A DNA stretch of 40,294 bases from Verrucomicrobiales bacterium (lineage in GTDB: Bacteria; Verrucomicrobiota; Verrucomicrobiia; Limisphaerales; RI-55). Shown here piece after piece: positions 35,081 through 40,294 of this stretch. The first letter of the stretch is position 1, and every line of letters begins with the position of its first letter. The notes under the pieces were generated by a model. That model ran no database searches. It saw only the letters and a program-made list of their open reading frames with translations, and was not told the origin of the DNA. Position numbers and translations under genes: made by a program. The stretch is from contig DNDP01000461.1 in the NCBI GenBank assembly GCA_003484235.1, forward strand, positions 27,684-67,977, in the 5' to 3' direction.

Positions 35081-35593
35081 TTGAAGAACGGATTTTGCCT
35101 CAGCCTGCTGGTCGCCGTGTTCATGCTTTCCGGCTGTGCCGGATACCGGCTCGGCTCCACCGGAGGCCAGCGCGCGGGAATCGAATCAATTGAGATTCTC
35201 ACCCCCGCCAACGACACCGTCGAGGCCCGCCTTCTCGCTCCGTTGACCACCGCCCTGCGGCGACGCGTGCAGCAGGACGGCACTTTTCAGCTGGCGACCG
35301 GCGGGCCTGGCGATGTGGTGCTCAGCAGCCGGATCACCGCCTATCAACGTCGCGAGCTCAGCTTCCAGCCGGGTGACATCGTGACCGTCCGGGATTATCA
35401 GCTCACGATGACGGTCCACGCAACCGCCCGCCGTCGGGACACCGGCCGCATCCTGATGGATCGTGAAGTGACCGGGCGCACGACGATCCGGGTGGCCGAC
35501 GACCTGGTGAGCGCGGAGCGCCAAGCAATGCCGCTGCTGGCGGAGGACCTTGCCCGCAACTTGATCGGTCTGGTTGCCGAAGGCGACTTTTGA
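35081..35593 (+). CDS. lptE: LptE-like LPS-assembly lipoprotein
   Basis: The TTG at 35081, 13 nt after the bamD-like stop, gives MKNGFCLSLLVAVFMLSGC, a textbook lipoprotein signal with lipobox LSGC. It is followed by AGYRLGS, as in LptE-family proteins. The listed start at 35042 is also TTG and overlaps the upstream gene. The start is uncertain. Confidence 0.6.
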   Translation: MKNGFCLSLLVAVFMLSGCAGYRLGSTGGQRAGIESIEILTPANDTVEARLLAPLTTALRRRVQQDGTFQLATGGPGDVVLSSRITAYQRRELSFQPGDIVTVRDYQLTMTVHATARRRDTGRILMDREVTGRTTIRVADDLVSAERQAMPLLAEDLARNLIGLVAEGDF

Positions 35594-35815
35594 TCAGACG
35601 GGCGGCGCAGGCGGCGGCCGGATCGGCAGTTTCGGCGGCAGTTTGACCTGCTCCGCCGGGCGCTCGTGAAGGATGTTCTCGAGCACGTCGGTGACCCTGC
35701 TTGCGCGTTCTGCCAGAATCTTGGCATCGTACTCCGGCTCCGAAGCGGCATGGACCCGAGGGGACGGTTTCACCTTTTTTCCGGCGGTTTTTGAAATTTC
35801 GGTTTTGGTATTCAT
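35594..35815 (-). CDS. Small hypothetical protein with a Pro-rich C-terminus (weak call)
   Basis: The ATG at 35815 gives MNTKTEISKTAGKKVKPSPR...KLPPKLPIRPPPAPPV (73 aa). Its stop abuts the LptE-like stop (TGA/TCA at 35591-35596). I recognise no family. Confidence 0.3.
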   Translation of the reverse strand: MNTKTEISKTAGKKVKPSPRVHAASEPEYDAKILAERASRVTDVLENILHERPAEQVKLPPKLPIRPPPAPPV

Positions 35816-36106
35816 GGCATCATTATCATTCAACACAACCGCCTTCTGGCCAACACCGGAATTGCCAAGTTATCCACAGGATTTGCACCGTCTGAATTGC
35901 AGGGGCATGGAATCGCAAACGTCGATTGGCCAGCCGTTAACGGCAACGCATTCCCCCGAGTTCGCCCCAGCAGGCCATGGTGACCGGTGAACAGCTCGAA
36001 CAAGGATTGAAACTACTGCTCATTGACTTCGTCCGAACGGGGCTGGCCTGTTGCGGGCATACCGACTAGATTCGCACCTCGAAACGGCCGCAGATCAATC
36101 ATCCGC

Positions 36107-39100
36107 ATGAAGGCACTGGCAAAACGCAGCATCCCGTACTTGGTTGGCATCATTTGGCACATCGGCTCATCCGGCTCCCTGCCCGCGGCGGAAATCGATT
36201 TTCTCCGTGATGTACGCCCCATTCTTTCAGGTCATTGCTTCAAATGTCATGGGCCTGACGCCGAGCAGCGAAAAGGGGGGCTCCAATTGGACATTCGTGA
36301 GAAAGCTCTCGAAGGGGGCAAGTCCGGCGAAGCTGCAATCGTGGAAAGGGATCCGGCCGCCAGCGAAATGATCCGTCGAATACTTTCGGAGGACGAGGAT
36401 GAGATCATGCCACCTCCGGCAACCAAGCATCCGCTCTCGCCGGCTCAGAAGGAGATTCTGAGGGCCTGGGTGGCTGCGGGGGCCGACTACCAGCCCCACT
36501 GGGCCTTCATCAAGCCCGAGCGGCCCCAACCTCCCACCGTGAAGAATTCGGAGTGGCCGGTGAACGAGATCGATCACTTCGTGCTCGGCCGGCTGGAGGC
36601 AGCGGGCCTGAGGCCACAGGCGAAGGCGGACAAGTATTCGCTGATCCGAAGAGTTTACCTGGATCTGGTGGGCTTGCCGCCCTCGCCCGAGCAGGCGGAC
36701 ACGTTCGTTTCCGACACTTCGCCCGATGCCTACGAAAAGGTCGTCAATGGGCTGTTGCAGTCAAAACACTACGGCGAACGCTGGGCGCGGCGCTGGCTCG
36801 ATCTGGCGCGCTATGCCGACACCAACGGCTATGAGAAGGACCGGCCACGCTCCATCTGGCCGTATCGCGACTGGGTGATCAACGCCATCAACGCCGGCAA
36901 ACCGTTTGACGACTTCAGCGTCGAACAACTCGCCGGAGATCTGCTGGCCAGGGAATTGCCGGACGGCGATCCGGGGAAGCTGGAGCTGATGATTGCGACC
37001 GGATTCCACCGCAACTCGATGATCAACGAGGAGGGTGGCACCGACCCGCAGGAGTTCCGCTTCTACTCGATGGTGGACCGCGTTCACGTCACCGCCACCA
37101 CCTGGTTGGGTCTGACCATGGCGTGCGCGCAGTGCCACACGCACAAGTACGATCCCATCCAGCACTCCGAGTACTACCAGTTCATGGCGTTCCTGAACAA
37201 CGCCGACGAACCCTGGATCGACGTGCCCAAGCCCGACATTTCCGAACGGCGCCAGAATCAACTCGCCAAGATTGCCGAGACCGAGAACGCCCTGATCCAC
37301 CAGTTCCCGCCCGAGCTGAAGGCGGATTGGATCACGCCCGCGGAAACTGACTTTGCCTCGGAATCCGGAACCAACTCCGAACGGCAGAGCGATGGCTCTT
37401 TTCTGGTCGCCGGGCCGGCTGCGGACAAGGACGTCTATACCGTCACTCTGAAGACTTCGCTGGACGGGATCACCCACCTGCAGCTTTTAGCGCTGCCGGA
37501 TCAAACACTTGCCAAAAACGGCCCCGGCCGCTCGGAGAACGGCAACTTTGTCCTGAGCGAAATCGAGGTGAGTGCGGCACCCCTCGGCGATCCGGATTCG
37601 GCGCAGCCGGTCAAGCTGGCGAAGGCCCGGGCCGACGCCGCCCAGAAGGATTTTCCCGCGTGGAACGCCATTGATGGAAAGGAAGACACGGGCTGGGCGA
37701 TCGACACGGGCGGCGACTGGCACGTTAGCCGCACGTTGACGATCAATTTTGAGAACCCGGTCAGCCACGAAGGTGGAACGACATTCACGATCAAGCTCAA
37801 GCAGCAGCACGGCAAACAGCACCTGATCGGACGGTTCCGCCTGAGCCTCGGCCGCGCCCTGCCCGATGAACGCCCGCTCGACATCCGGCGCCGGGAACAC
37901 CTCGATCTCCGTCTGGCCAAATGGCTCGACCACGAGCTCCCGCGCTCCATCGAGTGGAAACCGGTTGCGCCCATCGCCGCCAAGGGCAGCTACCCGACGC
38001 TGACCATCGAACCGGACAACATCGTATTCGTCTCGGGCGACTTCACGAAGAGCGACACCTACACGGTGGAGTTTGATGGCGACTGGAAAGGAGTGCGCGC
38101 GGTCCGCATCGAGGCGCTCGCGGACGAGCGGCTGCCCAACGACGGTCCCGGCCGCGTAAACTACGAGGGGCCGTTCGGCGACTTCTTCATGTCCGACATC
38201 AAGGTGTTCCACAACGACACTGCGGTGAAGATCAAGAGCGCCACGGACAGCTTCCGCAGCGGTGGAAACTCGGCCGCCAAGGCCATCGATGACGATCTCC
38301 AGAGCGGCTGGTCCATCAACGGCGGCCAGGGCCGCAATCACAGCGCGGTGTTCGTATTCGAGGAACCGCTGAACTTCGCCGGCCGGCTGCGGTTGCAGAT
38401 GATCTTCGAGCGCTACTACGCCGCCGGGCTTGGCAAATTCCGCGTCTGGGCCACCCGCGATGAAGACCCCGCGGCGGTGCCGCACCCGAACGATGTTCAG
38501 GAGACCCTGCTGGCCATCAGGCAGGGTGTCAGCGAGACCGAACGGGTGCGCCTGATGAATCGCCTGCGGGAACACTACGTCACCATCGCTCCCGAACTGG
38601 AAGAGGAGCTGGCCGGACTGGCGAAGCTGAAGAGCCGTCTGCCGAAGTATCCAACCACGCTGGTGATGATCGAGCGCCCGGAGGGACATCAGCGGGTGAC
38701 ACACATCCACAAGCGGGGCGAGTTTCTGCAACCGACAGACCCGGTGGAGCCGGGCGTTCCCGCCGTGCTTCCCGACCTGCCGGCAGACGCGCCCCGGAAC
38801 CGCCTGGGCTTCGCCCGCTGGCTGGTTTCCCCGGAGAACCCGCTCACCCCGCGGGTGGTGATGAACCGCCATTGGCAGGCGTTTTTTGGGCGCGGATTGG
38901 TCAAGACCATGGAGGACTTCGGTTTCCAGGGCGAACTGCCGACGCATCCTGATCTGCTCGACTGGCTGGCCACGGAGTTTGTCCGGCGCGACTGGTCGCT
39001 CAAGGAAATGCACAAGTTGATCGTCATGAGCGCCACCTACCAGCAATCGAGCGGAACGACGCCTGAACTGCTCGAACGCGACCCGGAGAACCTGTTGCTG

Positions 39101-39721
39101 TCGCGCGGACCGCGGTTTCGGCTCGAGGCGGAACTGATTCGAGACGCCGGGCTCGTCGCCAGCGGTCTGATCTCCGGGAAACTGGGCGGCCCGAGCGTCT
39201 ATCCACCGCAGCCCGCGAACATCACGACCGAGGGAGCCTACGGCAGACTGGACTGGGCCCTGAGCGAGGGCGAAGACCGCTATCGGCGGGGGCTCTACAC
39301 GTTTGCCAAACGGACGGCACCCTTTGCCATGTTCAACGCCTTCGACGCGCCCAGCGGAGAAGCCTGCGTGGCCCGACGCGACCGTTCGAACACGCCGCTG
39401 CAGTCGCTGACGTTGTTGAACGACGAGATGTTTCTGGAAATGGCCCGCGCCCTGGGCCGGGAGGCGGCTGAATCCGCCGGCACGGTCGAGCATCGTGCGG
39501 CCGATCTGTTCCGCCGCTGCATCACGCGGCCGCCGACCGCCGACGAACTCGCCAAGCTGGTTCGATTCTACGAGAAGCAGGCCGCGCGGTTCGGCTCCGG
39601 TGAACTCAAGGCCGCCGACTTGATGAACTCCAACACCGGTGACAATTTGAACGAACAGGCCGCCTGGACCACCGTCGCCCGGGTGCTGATGAACCTGGAC
39701 GAGGCGGTGACCAAATCTTAG
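36107..39721 (+). CDS. PSCyt1 (CxxCH) + DUF1549 (PSCyt2) + two discoidin-like modules + DUF1553 (PSD1) giant protein
   Basis: The ATG at 36107 gives the signal MKALAKRSIPYLVGIIW. The heme motif is ILSGHCFKCHGPD. DUF1549-type motifs are EIDHFVLGRLEAAGL, RRVYLDLVGLPPSP, HYGERWARRWLDLARYADTNGYEKD and CAQCHTHKYDP. DUF1553-type motifs are HKRGEFLQP, MNRHWQAFFGRG, DFGFQGELPTHPDLLDWLA, WSLKEMHKLIVMSATYQQS and QSLTLLND. Confidence 0.95.
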   Translation: MKALAKRSIPYLVGIIWHIGSSGSLPAAEIDFLRDVRPILSGHCFKCHGPDAEQRKGGLQLDIREKALEGGKSGEAAIVERDPAASEMIRRILSEDEDEIMPPPATKHPLSPAQKEILRAWVAAGADYQPHWAFIKPERPQPPTVKNSEWPVNEIDHFVLGRLEAAGLRPQAKADKYSLIRRVYLDLVGLPPSPEQADTFVSDTSPDAYEKVVNGLLQSKHYGERWARRWLDLARYADTNGYEKDRPRSIWPYRDWVINAINAGKPFDDFSVEQLAGDLLARELPDGDPGKLELMIATGFHRNSMINEEGGTDPQEFRFYSMVDRVHVTATTWLGLTMACAQCHTHKYDPIQHSEYYQFMAFLNNADEPWIDVPKPDISERRQNQLAKIAETENALIHQFPPELKADWITPAETDFASESGTNSERQSDGSFLVAGPAADKDVYTVTLKTSLDGITHLQLLALPDQTLAKNGPGRSENGNFVLSEIEVSAAPLGDPDSAQPVKLAKARADAAQKDFPAWNAIDGKEDTGWAIDTGGDWHVSRTLTINFENPVSHEGGTTFTIKLKQQHGKQHLIGRFRLSLGRALPDERPLDIRRREHLDLRLAKWLDHELPRSIEWKPVAPIAAKGSYPTLTIEPDNIVFVSGDFTKSDTYTVEFDGDWKGVRAVRIEALADERLPNDGPGRVNYEGPFGDFFMSDIKVFHNDTAVKIKSATDSFRSGGNSAAKAIDDDLQSGWSINGGQGRNHSAVFVFEEPLNFAGRLRLQMIFERYYAAGLGKFRVWATRDEDPAAVPHPNDVQETLLAIRQGVSETERVRLMNRLREHYVTIAPELEEELAGLAKLKSRLPKYPTTLVMIERPEGHQRVTHIHKRGEFLQPTDPVEPGVPAVLPDLPADAPRNRLGFARWLVSPENPLTPRVVMNRHWQAFFGRGLVKTMEDFGFQGELPTHPDLLDWLATEFVRRDWSLKEMHKLIVMSATYQQSSGTTPELLERDPENLLLSRGPRFRLEAELIRDAGLVASGLISGKLGGPSVYPPQPANITTEGAYGRLDWALSEGEDRYRRGLYTFAKRTAPFAMFNAFDAPSGEACVARRDRSNTPLQSLTLLNDEMFLEMARALGREAAESAGTVEHRAADLFRRCITRPPTADELAKLVRFYEKQAARFGSGELKAADLMNSNTGDNLNEQAAWTTVARVLMNLDEAVTKS

Positions 39722-39724
39722 ATC

Positions 39725-40294
39725 ATGAACTGCCACGATAATCTCTATCGCCGAAGCGAGCCGCTGGTGAACTCCCGCCGCTGGTTCCTCAAGGAATGCG
39801 GCCTCGGCCTCGGCAAGATTGCCGCCGCCACGCTGCTGACCGATGCGTTTTCCTGGAAGTCCCGCGCCGCAGTCTCGGCGGCCGATGCCTTCCTCCCACG
39901 CCAGCCGCATTTTCGCGGCAAGGCCCGCGCGGTAATCCATCTGTTCATGGCCGGCGCGCCCAGCCAGCTCGACCTGTTCGATCACAAACCCGAACTGGCC
40001 AGGCTGGAGGGCAAACCGTTGCCGCCCTCGGTCATCAAGGGGCAACGCTACGCCTTCATCCGGCCGGATGCCGCGGTGCTGGGGCCGGTTTACAAGTTCA
40101 GCAAGCACGGCCAGAGCGGCACCGAACTGTCGGAGATCATTCCGCGACTCGGCGAGGTGGTGGACGACGTCTGCCTGATCAAATCGGTCACCACCGACCA
40201 GTTCAACCACGCCCCGGCGCAGCTGTTCTTCAACACCGGGTTCGGCCAGCCGGGCCGGCCGAGTCTCGGCTCGTGGGTGACCTACGGGCTCGGC
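39725..40294 (+). CDS. DUF1501 (sulfatase-fold) protein with Tat signal (3' partial)
   Basis: This ORF is not in the supplied track because it has no stop in the window. The ATG at 39725, 3 nt after the upstream TAG, translates to MNCHDNLYRRSEPLVNSRRWFLKECGLGLGKIAAATLL. The twin-arginine motif is SRRWFLK. Typical DUF1501 motifs follow (VIHLFMAGAPSQLDLFDHKP, SVTTDQFNHAPAQ, GSWVTYGLG). The frame stays open to the window end. Confidence 0.9.
   Translation, partial: MNCHDNLYRRSEPLVNSRRWFLKECGLGLGKIAAATLLTDAFSWKSRAAVSAADAFLPRQPHFRGKARAVIHLFMAGAPSQLDLFDHKPELARLEGKPLPPSVIKGQRYAFIRPDAAVLGPVYKFSKHGQSGTELSEIIPRLGEVVDDVCLIKSVTTDQFNHAPAQLFFNTGFGQPGRPSLGSWVTYGLG

Noticed and set aside
37487-40210. 907-aa minus-strand ORF antisense to the DUF1553 and DUF1501 genes
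   Set aside because: It has the same shadow-ORF composition. The plus-strand frames contain dense, unmistakable DUF1553 and DUF1501 motifs and a Tat signal.
1-40294. Search by eye for CRISPR arrays, transposases, integrases, inverted-repeat-bounded elements, rRNA and tRNA
   Set aside because: I saw no regularly spaced direct repeats, no recombinase-like translations in any frame and no rRNA- or tRNA-like segments. A proper scan (tRNAscan-SE, Infernal, ISfinder or ISEScan) would be needed to exclude small elements.

Overview
GC-rich, densely packed chromosomal segment, probably from a PVC-superphylum bacterium (Verrucomicrobiota or Planctomycetota). The taxon is inferred from a PSCyt1/DUF1549/DUF1553 giant protein paired with a Tat-signal DUF1501 protein, an ECF sigma factor coupled to a Ser/Thr kinase, and giant FG-GAP proteins. 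I support 19 protein-coding genes, two of them truncated by the window edges. By eye I found no rRNA, tRNA, CRISPR array, transposase or integrase. Gene order: CBM9/DUF5916-like protein (5' partial), MDR-family dehydrogenase, double-module U32 protein, small hypothetical, 7TM hybrid histidine kinase, a 1454-aa GH13 plus amylo-1,6-glucosidase fusion, a translationally coupled SBP / 2127-aa multi-PAS kinase / NarL-type regulator operon, a 576-nt non-coding gap, a LOG-family protein, a 1149-aa FG-GAP protein with 14 repeats, a 1578-aa secreted trypsin-like protease, a Ser/Thr kinase with an N-terminal HxxxCxxC anti-sigma-type motif, an ECF sigma factor, BamD-like and LptE-like lipoproteins, a small Pro-rich ORF, the PSCyt/DUF1549/DUF1553 protein, and DUF1501 (3' partial). 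The best candidate for an undescribed system is the co-directional minus-strand block 33858..22448. It holds an ECF sigma overlapping (ATGA) a ZAS-motif/STK/beta-helix-like transmembrane sensor, followed by two giant secreted proteins that share Ca-binding linker modules. All product calls rest on motifs read from the translations. No database search was run, and start codons are my best choices among in-frame candidates.
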